Positions 28,193-40,736 are shown, numbered from the stretch's first letter. The stretch: 64,000 nt of DNA from Eledone cirrhosa (GCA_964016885.1 OZ024741.1:221712001-221776000), one strand, 5' to 3'. A program made the numbers and translations. The notes: generated by a model from the letters alone, not told the origin.

Positions 28193-28195
<3 letters not shown>

Positions 28196-30004
28196 TAATT
28201 TTATTGCTCATTTTTTGTCGATTCTATTGAGTGATGAATAGCTTTTGTTTTATTTTAACATGTCTATTGAGCACTCTAATTCGATATGTGTATTTCCACA
28301 TTCACTCAAATTGTTTTCGCGGATATAGGGGTCATCTCCCTTGTCTAATGCCATGTGCGTTTTTCACTGGTAGTTGGCTCCTCTGCCGCCAGGAAAAAAC
28401 TCGTTGATAACGTAAACCTCCGTTCCACTTGCTCTAGTAGGCTTTTATATTTATATGTGAGCTGATAGAGTACAGTCTAAGGATTTACAGAAACCCATGA
28501 AGCTAGATTTAACACCTGTCTAGTGGGTCCGGGTATGATTTTACATTCATTTAAATTATTGACGTATTGTTTTATTGATATTTTTTATCTGTTTGGCCCG
28601 AATCTTCCTTTATCGATTTTAAATCGTATGGTTGATTGTAGACTTGTTCTATATGTGACGGTATTTTAACGATAGTTATAGCTCTGATTCATCTGAATTA
28701 TTGAGCCCTCTGCCGCTCATATCGAATTTCGTTTATCGTGAACTCGTGCGCCGATTTTTCGATACTCGATCTTTCTAATATATTTAGCTCTGGACATAGC
28801 TATCCACCAGTTAATTTTATTGCTCATTTTTTGTCGATTCTATTGAGTGATGAATAGCTTTTGTTTTATTTTAACATGTCTATTGAGCACTCTAATTCGA
28901 TATGTGTATTTCCACATTCACTCGAATTGTTTTCGCGGATATAGGGGTCATCTCCCTTGTCTAATGCCATGTGCGTTTTTCACTGGTAGTTGGCTCCTCT
29001 GCCGCCAGGAAAAAATTCGTTGATAACGTAAACCTCCGTTCCACTTGCTCTAGTAGGCTTTTATATTTATATGTGAGCTGATAGAGTACAGTCTAAGGAT
29101 TTACAGAAACCCATGAAGCTAGATTTAACACCTGTCTAGTGGGTCCGGGTATGATTTTACATTCATTTAAATTATTGACGTATTGTTTTATTGATATTTT
29201 TTTATCTGTTTGGCCCGAATCTTCCTTTATCGATTTTAAATCGTATGGTTGATTGTAGACTTGTTCTATATGTGACGGTATTTTAACGATAGTTATAGCT
29301 CTGATTCATCTGAATTATTGAGCCCTCTGCCGCTCATATCGAATTTCGTTTATCGTGAACTCGTGCGCCGATTTTTCGATACTCGATCTTTCTAATATAT
29401 TTAGCTCTGGACATAGCTATCCACCAGTTAATTTTATTGCTCATTTTTTGTCGATTCTATTGAGTGATGAATAGCTTTTGTTTTATTTTAACATGTCTAT
29501 TGAGCACTCTAATTCGATATGTGTATTTCCACATTCACTCGAATTGTTTTCGCGGATATAGGGGTCATCTCCCTTGTCTAATGTCATGTGCGTTTTTCAC
29601 TGGTAGTTGGCTCCTCTGCCGCCAGGAAAAAACTCGTTGATAACGTAAACCTCCGTTCCACTTGCTCTAGTAGGCTTTTATATTTATATGTGAGCTGATA
29701 GAGTACAGTCTAAGGATTTACAGAAACCCATGAAGCTAGATTTAACACCTGTCTAGTGGGTCCGGGTATGATTTTACATTCATTTAAATTATTGACGTAT
29801 TGTTTTATTGATATTTTTTATCTGTTTGGCCCGAATCTTCCTTTATCGATTTTAAATCGTATGGTTGATTGTAGACTTGTTCTATATGTGACGGTATTTT
29901 AACGATAGTTATAGCTCTGATTCATCTGAATTATTGAGCCCTCTGCCGCTCATATCGAATTTCGTTTATCGTGAACTCGTGCGCCGATTTTTCGATACTC
30001 GATC

Positions 30005-30010
<6 letters not shown>
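28193..30010. repeat. Near-identical head-to-tail trimer of a ~617-bp unit inserted in (TA)n; family unknown
   Basis: Units start at about 28193, 28809 and 29426 (agttaattttattgctc...) and differ by only a few substitutions. (TA)n on both sides. Confidence 0.95.
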
Positions 30011-30041
<31 letters not shown>

Positions 30042-30669
30042 TGAGGATGTGTGTGTGTATGTCCGTACCCACATAACTTATACAGTTTGCAACCGATTTT
30101 CTTCAAATTTGGAACAAACATGCGTTATGTTTCCAGGAGTGTTTTGGACTCATAAAATTTTCAAGTTTTTGTCTAATGCGGCCCCTGATAAATATTGGTT
30201 GTTTGGTTGCACAAAAACTACACACACACATATATATAGATGTATATCTAAAGAGAGAGAAGGAGAGGTAGCGAGAGAGTGAGATAGGCCGTTATACAAA
30301 GAGAGGTACAAGATATTCAGAGAGAGAAAGAATGGCGACGAACGCTTGTTTACACACACACGCGCGCGCTTTCGTGTGTAAAGACACAGATAGAGATCTG
30401 CACGTTTCTGGTTGTTCTTCATTCTGTAGAGAAAGTGAGGGATTGAGAAAGAAAGAAAGAAAGAGAGTGTGGGGCTGGGGGGGGGGAGAAAATGATAGCA
30501 GCGTTTGATAACTTTAACTTTCATTTATTTATTCTTTACAAAGTTTAACTTTCCCCCTTCCTCAACCTTACGTCTCATTCTTTCTCTCTTTCACACAAGA
30601 CGTACTGTGACTGTGTGTGTGTGTGTTCGGGGAAGTTACAATGTCCACACACACAAACACGCATCTATA

Positions 30670-30671
30670 TG

Positions 30672-30702
<31 letters not shown>

Positions 30703-30775
30703 CAGTGTGTGTGTGTGTGTGTCAGTGTGTGTCAGTGTGTGTCAGTGTGTGTCAGTGTGTGTCAGTGTGTGTGTG
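30670..30775. repeat. (GT)n / (GTCAGTGTGT)n compound microsatellite
   Basis: Read directly. Confidence 0.9.
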
Positions 30776-31135
30776 GTGTAACACCACAAGCTGCAAAAAT
30801 AGTTTGGAAATAATTCCTGGTATTTTAGGATTTTATTCTGTTTGGTTACGGGTTACGTATACAATGAGCCCCACCTTCACCGCATCATCCGGGGGGTGAA
30901 ATGGAGTAGAATAGTTACTAACTGTGACGTCCAAAATGAGACATCTACCTCTTACCCAGGAGCAAAGAGTATAACCCTTTAGTCTCTTCCCATCAACCCT
31001 GGACAATCCGGCTTGCTCCGTAACTGACGAGATATTGATTCGGGCCGGGACCCGCTTAATTATTAGGTTCAGCTTGGTACAACAAACGAAGCGACAAGTG
31101 TTCAAATGGAAAGATGTAAATAGTTAGAAGCTGAT

Positions 31136-31460
31136 TCAGCAGCCAGCTTGATGGCCAAAATAGGTAGCACCAACAATTATCACTACCATTACCAACAGGA
31201 AGGCAACGGCAGCATCAGTGACAATAACAACGACCCCGCATCTTGGGCGAAAGGGGGCATTCGAGCCCCAGCAACCAGCCTGGCAGCCGAGATAGATATC
31301 GGTGTCAACTATCACTACCATTAACAAGAGGAAGGATACGACAGCGGCAGTGACAATAACAACAACATATATGTGTATACGCCAACATCTTACCAGCAAT
31401 CATTACCACCACCATTAACAAGAGGAAGCCAACTCCAGCATCAGTGACAATAACAACCTT
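31136..31460. repeat. Three diverged ~60-bp direct repeats (..atcactaccattaacaagaggaagg...cagtgacaataacaac), possibly the 5' region of the CRE-like element
   Basis: Copies near 31171, 31306 and 31397. Confidence 0.65.
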
Positions 31461-31599
31461 TGGGTCATTCCGCTGGGAACAACCCTCTGTTTTCTTTTTG
31501 TACATTCATCCATTCATTCATTTATTTATTTGCTAACTTTCTACTTTCGTGTGTGTCCCCCCTCCATCTGATGTTGGTGAGCTATGAGGCCTCACTTAT

Positions 31600-34500
31600 A
31601 CCAACACTTTCCCTTCCACCCACGTGCAGTTGTGTCTAGCACCTAGGCTGGTGACAACCAGCCACTCACTCTTGATGCCGCTTGGTGCCCCAGTCCCCGG
31701 CTCCACGCCCCATCCTCTACCCCACCAGTCGTCATCTGCAGTACTTGCAGCACCACTAACAGACGGAAGAGGAGCCGGAACTGTCCGGGATGCGGCTGCT
31801 TCCACCACCTCACCTATGTTGGCTTGACGCGTCGAGCTTCCAGTGCCCTCGCAGCGTGGAGATGCAGAAACTGTCTCTTCCTCTCGTCTGCCCAGCCACG
31901 GCCGTCTGGCACTCCACCTGATGAGACAGCAAGCTTGCCTGATGCCCAAGCCTCGCTGGTCAACATCGCTCGGCTCAGGTGGCTCCGGAAGATTCCGCTC
32001 AGAATCCCGAGAGCGGCATGGGTGCCGGTAGCCGATGCCCTCACTTCCTCAATCGAGAGCGCTCTGGACTCCAATTGAACCAGCGACTGGGTGTGCCTCT
32101 TCTATTTCGCCCCACTCGCCCTAAGCCTCCCCAGCTCTGGCGCTGACCGAGGCGGCCTGTCGACAGCAGCCTTTGTCAAAGCCAATGTTTCGTCCTTTGG
32201 GCAAGCACCCATTCCAAGCGTGCCGAAGGACGCCACAACCCCTGCTCTTGGGTGCTTCCAAACCTCTACCCCTGAGGCCAGCGCCAAGCGTTTGCGTGAC
32301 CGCGTAAACGCTAAACTTATCATGGGGGATGACTCGGCCGCAGTCAGAGTGGTTGCTTCAGAGGACACTGTCCTCCAACCCACCGAGGAGGTCCTGGCTG
32401 CCCTGCGACTCAAGCACCCTGAGCCCTCCGCTGACCTTCTACCCATACCCCTACTCGATCCCCACCTGCTCCTTGTGGCTTCCGACGCAGACATCATGTC
32501 TGCCATCAAGTCCTTCCCAGCTAGCAGCAGCGGAGGTGCTGAGGGTCTCCGATCAGGCCACCTCAAGGAGTTGCTATACCCCTCTCCGCTAAGGCCGGGC
32601 GCCGCCTTCTGAGTGCAATTGTGGCACTCACTAATAGGCTTATCCATGGTGCCCTGGATCCTCACGCCTGAGGCCTCTTTTTTTCAGCTAGCCTGACCGC
32701 TCTGAGGAAGAAAGAGGGTGGTATACGCCCCATCGCTGTGGAAAATGTCTTCCGGAGGCTGACTGCTAAGGTGGTTGCAGGTCCATAACACCTGAACTGG
32801 GTGAGGAGTTCAGTCCAGTGTAACTGGGTGTCGGCGTGTCCGGTGGCGGTGAGGGGGCTGCACATGCAGCCAGGCAGTTCTTCAATAGCTTCCCACCGGA
32901 ACCGGCATCCAGGGACTCCAGGCACCTCATCGTCAAGCTTGACATGAGGAATGCCTTTAACTGCATACGCCTGTCCCAGCCGAGGCCCCTCCGCCTACCT
33001 GCTGGCCTACTTGTCATATGGAGCCCCGAGCATGCTCTTTGCTGCTGATACGGTCATACCTTCGGCCACTGGGATTCAACAGGGCGACTCTTTGGGCCCC
33101 CTCCTGTTTGCCCTTAGTGTAGACCACATTGCCCGGATTATCACGGCCCCTCTCAACGTTTGGTACCTGGGTGATGCTACGCTGGGCGGGCCAGTGGAGA
33201 CTGTCTGCCATAACCTTCAATCAGTGGTTCCTTCCCTAGCAGGAATCGGCCTCTAAGTCAACTCGTCCAAATCGGAGATGGTGAATGTCAGCCATGATGC
33301 TGAGACCTTTGCAGCCTCAGTCTTGGACGTGCGGTCCATTCTCCACCAGGTACAGGTGACCCCCAAAGAAGATGTCCTCATCCTCGGGTCACCGATCCAC
33401 CCGCCGGCCATCCGCTCCATCATCAGGTCTAGGCTCCAACAACTCCAGACCATCACAAGCCGACTGGGCTTGATCGACGGCCACCCAGCTCTCTTCCTGT
33501 TGAGGAACTGCTTCGCCATGCCGAAGCTCCTCTACACCCTTCGCAGCGCTCCGTGCTACAGCCACGCATCTCTCCTCGCTGACCTCGATACTTGTATCCG
33601 AGCGGCAGCTGAGGAGATATGCAACGTCAGGTTTGACGACATTGGATGGCAACAGGCCACTTTACCTGTCAGATATGGCGGCCTTGGCCTCCGGCCCCCG
33701 ATCTCGCTGGCTTTGCCTGCATTTCTTTCATCGGTAACCTCATGTCGCGTCCTCGTCAGCAGGGTTCTCCAAAACACAATAGAACCATCTGTGTTCAGGG
33801 AACGTGAGGTCGCCTGTGAGACGTGGGACAGGCTGGGACTTAGCTCAGTAGATGTCCATCCTCATTCTCCCCCTGCTGACGTCAAGTCCCCCAAAGCGTA
33901 TGAGATGCCATCCAGTGCAGCCAGGCCTCAGACAGGCTCACGCGCCAGCTCGACCAGTACCGCTTTGCCTGTTTTCGCGGAGCCTCCAAACTCCACAGTG
34001 GTGCCTGGCTCCATTCTTTGCCCTCCTTCTCCACTGGCACGCAGCTGGATAACGATAGCCTGCGCATCGGCGTTTCCTTGAGGCTTGGACTCCGGATCAT
34101 AAATGTTGCTGTGAATCCACCGTGGACTCTTTCGACCTCCACCCGCTTTCCTGTCGCCACAGTGCCGGCCCCTTCCACGCCATGTTGCCCTCAACGAGGT
34201 CATAAAGCATGGCTTGGACGCTGCAGGCTTCCCTTCCAAGCTCGAGCCGGTGGGGCTGGACCGAGAGGATGGCAAAAGGCCAGACGGTATGACCATCTTC
34301 CCGTTCCGCGGTGGCAAACACCTCGTCTGGAATGCCACTTGCAGCAACACTTTCTCCAGGCAACCTGGTGCAGTCTGCGACTAACCCAGGTACTGCTGCA
34401 CGTCGGGCTGAGGAGGCCAAGCTCTCCAAGTTCCGGTCGTTCTCCGACAGGTTCACGGTTGTGCCCTTGTCAGTGGAGACTTTTGGTGCCTTTGGCACTA

Positions 34501-34746
34501 GGGCTACCTCTCTATTCACCACCATAGGCGCTGAGCTGGCCAGCCGCAGGTGTGAGCCTCGCGAGTTGGAATAGCTCTTCCAGCGCATCTCCCTTACCAT
34601 CCTCCGGGGAAACGCCTTCTCCACCCTGTCCGTCGGGGCTATGGGGATGCCAGCACGTGGGACCCCACTTGCTCACCATACGGATTAATATGCAAAGTTA
34701 TAAACTATTGTAAATAAACCTATTTACGTTTATTAAAAACAAAAAA
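31600..34746 (+). mobile_element. Decayed CRE-clade non-LTR retrotransposon (RT plus C-terminal restriction-like endonuclease) with frameshifts and stops
   Basis: Fragmented motifs: LRKKEGGIRPIAV, KLDMRNAFN, GIQQGDSLGPLLFAL, WYLGD (YLDD altered), [52 protein letters not shown] at ~34713 and an A-rich tail at 34734-34746. GC-rich against the AT background. 5' boundary approximate. Confidence 0.85.
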
Positions 34747-34854
34747 TCCTGTCAATATCAAGTGTCCCTCACTCTTTCTCTCTCGTTCTCCCTTGCAAAG
34801 GGAAACAACTTTGTATGGAATACTGTCAGCACTTGCAATAAAGAAGAGCGGCAG

Positions 34855-35320
34855 GCGTAAAAATCAAACCCGCTATCTTCAGTTCTGTGTGAGTGCCTAC
34901 CTTTACCTATGGTCATGAATCTTGGGTAATAAATGAAAGAATACGATCGCTAATACAAGCGGCTGAAATTGGGGTTCCTTTGAAGGGTTTTTGGAGTAAC
35001 GTTACTTAATAAAGCGCGCAGTTCGGAGATCAGAGAATCACTCCAGGTAGAGCTGCTACTCTCTCGAATCGAGAAATCACAGTTCCGATATTATGGACAT
35101 GCGGTTAGAATGTATAAGGAAAGAATCCCCGGACAGATTTTACAGGCAAAGCCAACCGGTGAAAGACCCAGGGGTAGACCCCGAGCAAGATAGATAATAT
35201 TCATGGTTTCGTTTGATCTTGCTTGGAGATCCAGCCGGATCAATTGGAGACTGATGCTCCTGGTAGGACCCTCTGGAAGGCGTGTCTGAGTACTCTTCCC
35301 CTATTACCCTCCTAGAAATA
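34855..35320 (+). mobile_element. RTE-clade LINE 3' fragment
   Basis: Translates to PTFTYGHESWVINERIRSLIQAAE..RIEKSQFRYYGHAVRM..KPTGERPRGRPRAR. Related copy at 60175-60535. Confidence 0.8.
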
Positions 35321-35619
35321 CGTTAGTAAAGAACAAGAAGAAGGGTTCATTTAATTAACCTACTTAATACCATGGATCCCAGTACTCATTATATAAAGAA
35401 AAAACTTGTTATATCAATGTTTTATTATATCAGTTACAAACGCAAATGAAAACTGGACTTTTCTTTAAAATTGACTTATGCATTTCTATATATTTTATTA
35501 TTTATTTTGAAAATTCTAATTAGAAGAAGTATAAATTTTTGTTTTATTAATATTTAAAAACGGAAACGGAAGGGAAAGACATGGGTTCTAGGGTCGTAGA
35601 GGAATAGGAGGGGATGGAG

Positions 35620-35796
35620 CCTGGGACGCGTGACATGCCCCGCCTGGTGTTGTAACATGCCCCGCGGACAAGACCGCCGAAAGTTCTTTCATGTCCGAAT
35701 ACAGTGTGAGAGTTACCTCCCATTCATTACACCGGCCCTCGTGAAAAGTTCTTGTTTTTGTTTAACTGGTAATAACCATTTCTCTATTTAATTATA
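35620..35796 (+). promoter_or_regulatory. Likely GTPBP6 promoter/5'UTR: small GC/CpG-rich patch
   Basis: Locally GC-rich just upstream of ATG 35797. Two ACATGCCCCGC copies (~35633, ~35655) and AGTTACCTCCC (~35711). Confidence 0.4.
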
Positions 35797-36076
35797 ATGA
35801 TACTCCCTCCACAGTGCATAATTTGCCATAGATTTCTTAGTTTCAAACATATTTCACGTTATAAAACTTGTTTTATTCAACGGTATCGACCGTGTTATAT
35901 CTCACCATGTCGATTATTGAGACAGAATTCCTTGCAACTACATAATTTCCTGGGGAAATATAACTTAATTTCTCATTCGTCTGATGTTATAAAAGGAATC
36001 CGCCCAAACTCCAGATTCAGTCGTCAATTTTGTACAAACAGCAATGAAGAAGACGCGTTAGAAGCGTCATCCGAAG
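35797..36076 (+). CDS. GTPBP6: GTPBP6 exon 1 (N-terminal basic, mitochondrial-targeting-like leader)
   Basis: ATG 35797, R/K/S-rich N-terminus, donor GAAG|gtaat. Phase 1 matches exon 2. Start codon inferred. Confidence 0.75.
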
Positions 36077-36329
36077 GTAATATTTTTTTATCATTGTTAT
36101 TATTATGCATGTACATAAGTCGGTGTTTACTTTTGGTTTCGGAGATGTGTGAACAATTATAATCCCCAATCTGTCCAGGTACATTACTTACTGTTTAATC
36201 TCCCATAAAACTTTCAGTAAAATCCCCGATATTTAACCTTAATTTAATGGATCTAATCAATTTATGATAATGTTGATTTAGTTATAATCTATATAAATTC
36301 CGTTTAATCCACACGAATGTAGATTTAAA

Positions 36330-36600
36330 GTTACAAACTTGTTTTTGGACCTCTTTCGGTGCCGACTACGAGAGCTTTGGTTGTTTGAACAACGGAACAG
36401 CCTACCCGTGAAAGCAAAGTGCAAGTGACTGAGCAGTCCACAAACACGTGACACTACCTGTGGTAAGGTTGGACCTTTCGATTACAAGTACAACTGAATG
36501 GACGAGAGCAACGTGAAGTAAAGCGTTTTGCTCAAGGACACAATGCACCACCAGGAATCGAACTCACAATCAAAAAATCTAACCACTAACCAACACGCCT
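36330..36600 (-). mobile_element. tRNA-derived SINE, degenerate. Related pieces near 40790-40880, 46750-46985, 49100-49238, 55575-55880 and 55960-56100.
   Basis: Minus strand starts with a tRNA-like head (ggcgtgttggttagtggttaga...gagttcgattcctggtggtgcattgtgtccttgagcaaaacgcttt), and the head recurs at the other sites. Confidence 0.65.
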
Positions 36601-37384
36601 TCACATAAACTTGATACATCTGAAAAAATATTCCAAAATTATTAAAGTATCCTTTAAACTGAAAAATACACAAAACTAACTTAGACATTTTAGTATATAT
36701 GACTTTGTGATAGAGGTTATCGCTCACTGAACTAAATTATAAGTCAATATCCCATTCGTCAACCAGTTCAGATTATCGCTCACTAAGCTAAAGATATCCC
36801 TGGGTTATACAATATTTCAGTTCCCTTTCTCTCCTCACGCACTTTGTAATAAGCCAATATCCCCTCAATTCTGGAGCCAGCTGGATTGTCTAGGGTTGAT
36901 GAGAAGAGGCTAAATGGTCTAACTTTTATCCTTATATTAGAGGCAGATGTTTCATTTTGGGAGGTCAGAGTTAACGGCTCTTTTGCTCCTTCCCACATTC
37001 TGGATGCTGCAGTAAAGATGAAGGTCACTGCATCCATAATCGAACGGAAAAAAATTTTTTAAAACCAGCAATTCTCAGAAGACAATATTTTCCAGCATGT
37101 TACATTCGAAAAGTTTGGGGGAGCCGAGGTTCTTGTCATTGTTAGCAGCTTGCCTTACCGACATATCAAATGAAGCCTGCAAGGGTTCTTGGCTATTCCA
37201 ACACCTTAGGATTGCTATCACCTCGTCTATGATGAATGTGTGTTGACTTGCCTCAAAAATTATTCGCGGGATTCTTCAGCACCCATTGTTGTAGTATGTT
37301 ATTAAGTGTGCATGACTTCTACTTTTTACTTCTTTCATTTTTTTTAATATAAATTTATTATATCTGTTTTTTTTAAATAACAAA

Positions 37385-37650
37385 ACCTTTTATATGCTTC
37401 TTTTTCTTGCGTAGGAGATAGTTGCAGTTATGTGATGTCCCCAGGTATTGTAACCAACTAATGGTAGTGAGGTTATGGTGTGTGAGATCCATATTCTCAG
37501 GTGGGCAGAGGTCTTGGCACTCATGTAGAATATGTTCAGCAGTCTTTTCTGGTGAGCCACACTGGCTAGCTGCTGAAGGATGCATTGAATCGGCTGATAC
37601 CTGTCTGTAGCCAATTCAGGGATACCCACTACCTCCAAGAGAGGTTAGGG
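37385..37650 (-). mobile_element. LINE C-terminal remnant (CCHC-type knuckle)
   Basis: xQCGSPEKTAEHILHEC resembles the CxxxxxxxTxxHIxxxC end of non-LTR ORF2. Confidence 0.45.
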
Positions 37651-38258
37651 CTTGGGGGAAGAACCATATTGGGGTTCACATTCAATTGAGCGAATCAAGA
37701 TGTATGTTGTTAGCTAGCTCTCCACATCTGAAACTTGTTGAAATCTGAATCTCACTGCTTTGTTGTGTAACATGAGGAAGGGGAAGGACATCAGGCGATG
37801 TTGGTCCAGTAGCTGAGAATCCTCAGCCATGTCATGGAGCAGATGACTTGGGTCTATTGAGGCCTTGGTTACCAACCTATGTGTGTGATGCTCTCTACAA
37901 AGGGTACAGTTGGTGTAGGACTGAGACATCAGGTGATGAGATTTAAGGTGTTGTTTATGGCTGTCTCTAGCTTCTAGTGTGGGAGCTCCTGCACAATACA
38001 ACCCAAGTTTGTCAACCTCTTTGTGGTGGACTCTGGAAACTGATCTCGATCAGGCTAACGACAATAACCTGAAACAGCAGCAAATCAACAGTTTTATATG
38101 CTACTAGTTTGTCTCTATTGTACACTGGCTTGTTCAGACTAGTTTCCTTGTCTTAGTTGTTACCCTTCATAAACAACTTTATCATGAATCATGCTGTGTT
38201 AGTGCTATTGCTAATTATTAACATCACAGAGTAACTAAAATTTCTCTAATGTTTTCAG

Positions 38259-38363
38259 AGGATATAGAAGAGCTACTTCGTCAGGACAAAAAGTATCAGG
38301 AATATGTTCGTGAATATTTCAACATCCCAAATACTGGACAAAGAGTATTTCTTATACAACCCA
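38259..38363 (+). CDS. GTPBP6: GTPBP6 exon 2 (EDIEELLRQDKKYQEYVREYFNIPNTGQRVFLIQP)
   Basis: ttttcag| acceptor and |gtaagt donor. QRVFLIQP matches the GTPBP6 'xRVxLVHP' region. Confidence 0.85.
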
Positions 38364-38645
38364 GTAAGTTGATACCACTATACTCTTTTATTCTTTTAAT
38401 GGTTTCAATTTTTGGACTGCTGCCATGCTAGAGCACCGATTTGAACATCCCAATAACTTGGACAAAGAGTATTTTCTATACAACCCAGTAAGTTGATATT
38501 ACCATAGCTACATATTTTAGCATCCCAAATACTGGATAAAACGTATTTCTTATACAACCCAGTAAGTTGATATTTACCATAGCTACCAGTTTTCTATAAA
38601 ATAACACTTATTTAACCATTAACCTATTGATAAATTTCATTTCAG

Positions 38646-38749
38646 ATATTAAAAGAGGGCCGCACAGGTCTTTAAGTTCTATAAAAAGTCAACTGGAAGA
38701 ATCTGAGGCTCTCGTCGATACACTTCCTAACTGGAAGGTGGTTGGTAAG
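38646..38749 (+). CDS. GTPBP6: GTPBP6 exon 3 (NIKRGPHRSLSSIKSQLEESEALVDTLPNWKVVGK)
   Basis: tttcag| acceptor and |gtatat donor. HflX N-terminal domain motif QxxEAxALVxTLxxWxVV. Confidence 0.9.
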
Positions 38750-39480
38750 GTATATATTCGACACATTTCCATAATATATATTATCATTTCAACAAATTCA
38801 TTTATTGGAATACAATACTATATAGAAATTGTATATATGCCTGTAAATTGGTAGTCATTAATGTTGGTATTTGTCTGTCAGCACTTTGAGTTCCAATCCA
38901 GCCGAGGTCAACTTTGCAAGGTTGATAAAGAAAGTGCCTGTCAGAAAAATGTGTTGTGATATCTAATCTAGTTGTGTGCATCCCAAGTTCAAATCCTGCT
39001 TCCTCCTACCAGGATTTATAACCATCATACAGTATCAGCATTGAAAATACCAATGGAAGCATTGTTCCCTTGATCCAATCTAGTGATCACTTCCTTTCTT
39101 CTGACAGGAGTTGGATCCAACAGATAGTATCAACAATGGAAAGACCAATGTAATTTCAATTTCCTACACATTTCTCTTCTATGCTATTTTGATTTATCTT
39201 AATGTACTGAATCATGATTTAAAATACATTACACCTATCATCCTCGAGAACATTGGCAAATTTCCTTCTCTTTGCTTCTAATTTGGTTACATTAACTCTT
39301 TCTCAAGCTTCTAGATATAGTTTAACCTTTTCTCTACCTTCTAGTTATAGTCTAACTCTTCCTCTAGCTTCAAGATATAGTTTAACCCTTCCTGCTTCTA
39401 GATATAATTTAACCCTTTCTCTACTTTCTAGTTCTAACTCTTCCTCTAGCTTCTAGATATAATCTAACCTTTCCTCTACA

Positions 39481-40470
39481 TCATCATCATCATCATCATC
39501 ATCAGGTTTAGCGTCCGTGTTCCACGCTTGCATGGGTTTGGACGGGGGTTTTCCCACTTGAGGCAAGAGTGGTTGTCTTGCTCGCATAGGACTGTCTGGC
39601 GGGTTTTCTACAGTTGGATGCCCTTCCTAACACCAACCACATTTACAGTGTGGGGCTGGGAGGTTTTTACCGTGTTGCCTACACGGCCACATTACAGCGT
39701 GGACTGTCATGTTGCCTACACGGCCACATTACAGCGTGGACTGTCTGGCGGGTTTTCTACAGCTGGATGCCCTTCCTAACACCAACCACATTTACAGTGT
39801 GGGGCTGGGAGGTTTTTACCGTGTTGCCTACACGGCCACATTTACAGCGTGGACTGTGTGTTTTTTGCCGTGACACCTACACGATCTCATTTGTTTCGGC
39901 CTGGATGTTGTGGGACCAACATAACTTTACATTGAAAGGGGCGGTGTGGGTGGGATGGAGGTGGTGGGACGGGGGTGTGTTTTGATAGAGATGCCTACTG
40001 ACTGTAGTAGGTTTTTACTTTGTATTTAGGTAAGGCGGGTCTTCTCTATTACTGAGTACCGCCAAAGGTCTCGGTCCAGTGACATTGTCTTGGAGAGGTG
40101 TAAGCGTGTGAGGTCGGAATTTATCAGCTCGTCCCATGTTTTTCTGGGTCTGCCTACTCCGTGGCTACCGTCTATCTTTATTGCCCTGCACTTTGTTATA
40201 CAGCTGTCGTCTTTCATGCGCATCACGTGACCGTACCAACGTAGCCTTCTCTCGAGTAAACAACATCTGATCCCTCTTATTTCTAATTTTTTCCTTAGTT
40301 CGTTTATGCTTTGCCGTTCACGTATATTACTATTGCACATCCAGCGGAGCATGCAAGCTTCGTTCCTCTCTAGTCTGCGTATATCCTCTGCACACAATGC
40401 CCAGGTCTCACTGCCATGCAGCATTGCTGTTCGTATGCAGGCATCGTATAACCTGCCTCTACCTTCTAGA
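39481..40470 (-). mobile_element. RTE-clade LINE 3' end: ORF C-terminus, 3'UTR with ~48-bp subrepeats, (GAT)n tail
   Basis: GRLYDACIRTAMLHGSETW...RRLRWYGHVMRM...GRPRKTW (40026-40470). The UTR contains ctgtaaatgtggttggtgttaggaagggcatcc and subrepeats. (cat)n at 39481-39503. Confidence 0.85.
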
Positions 40471-40554
40471 TAAAGTTGAACTCTTCTAGGTTCAGCATCA
40501 TCATCATGAGCATTATTTGAAATATTCTCTTTTGCAATATGTTCCCTATTCCAG

Positions 40555-40736
40555 AAAATAGTTGCCACAAAGACCCCAAATTCAAGGCCAGTGTTTGGTA
40601 AAGGTAACTTTGCTACCCTCACCAGTGAAATACACAATTGTCCAGCTGTTACTGCTATTTTTCTTAGCATGAACATGTTGAGCACCATTCAATGGACTTA
40701 CCTACAAAATGTATGGAAAATACCAGTATATGACAG
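40555..40736 (+). CDS. GTPBP6: GTPBP6 exon 4 (KIVATKTPNSRPVFGKGNF...WKIPVYDR)
   Basis: ttccag| acceptor and |gtaata donor. FGKGN and VYDR HflX motifs. Confidence 0.92.

Noticed and set aside
28462-28537. Hammerhead in the 617-bp unit (CTGATAGA...GAAACCCA...TGGGTC)
   Set aside because: Stem III and GUC look right, but the core has an extra base, stem II is weak and no stem I pairing is found.
30030-30200. Possible Helitron 5' end (tatataaaactgaggatgtgtgtg..accgattttcttcaaattt)
   Set aside because: No matching 3' hairpin/CTAG located, so boundaries are unsupported.
29971-30899. Short ORFs with CVCVCV/YIYIY runs (also 25353, 62813)
   Set aside because: Translations of microsatellites and short tandem repeats.
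40026-40688. 220-aa minus-strand ORF as one gene
   Set aside because: Chimeric: antisense of GTPBP6 exon 4 read into an RTE fragment.
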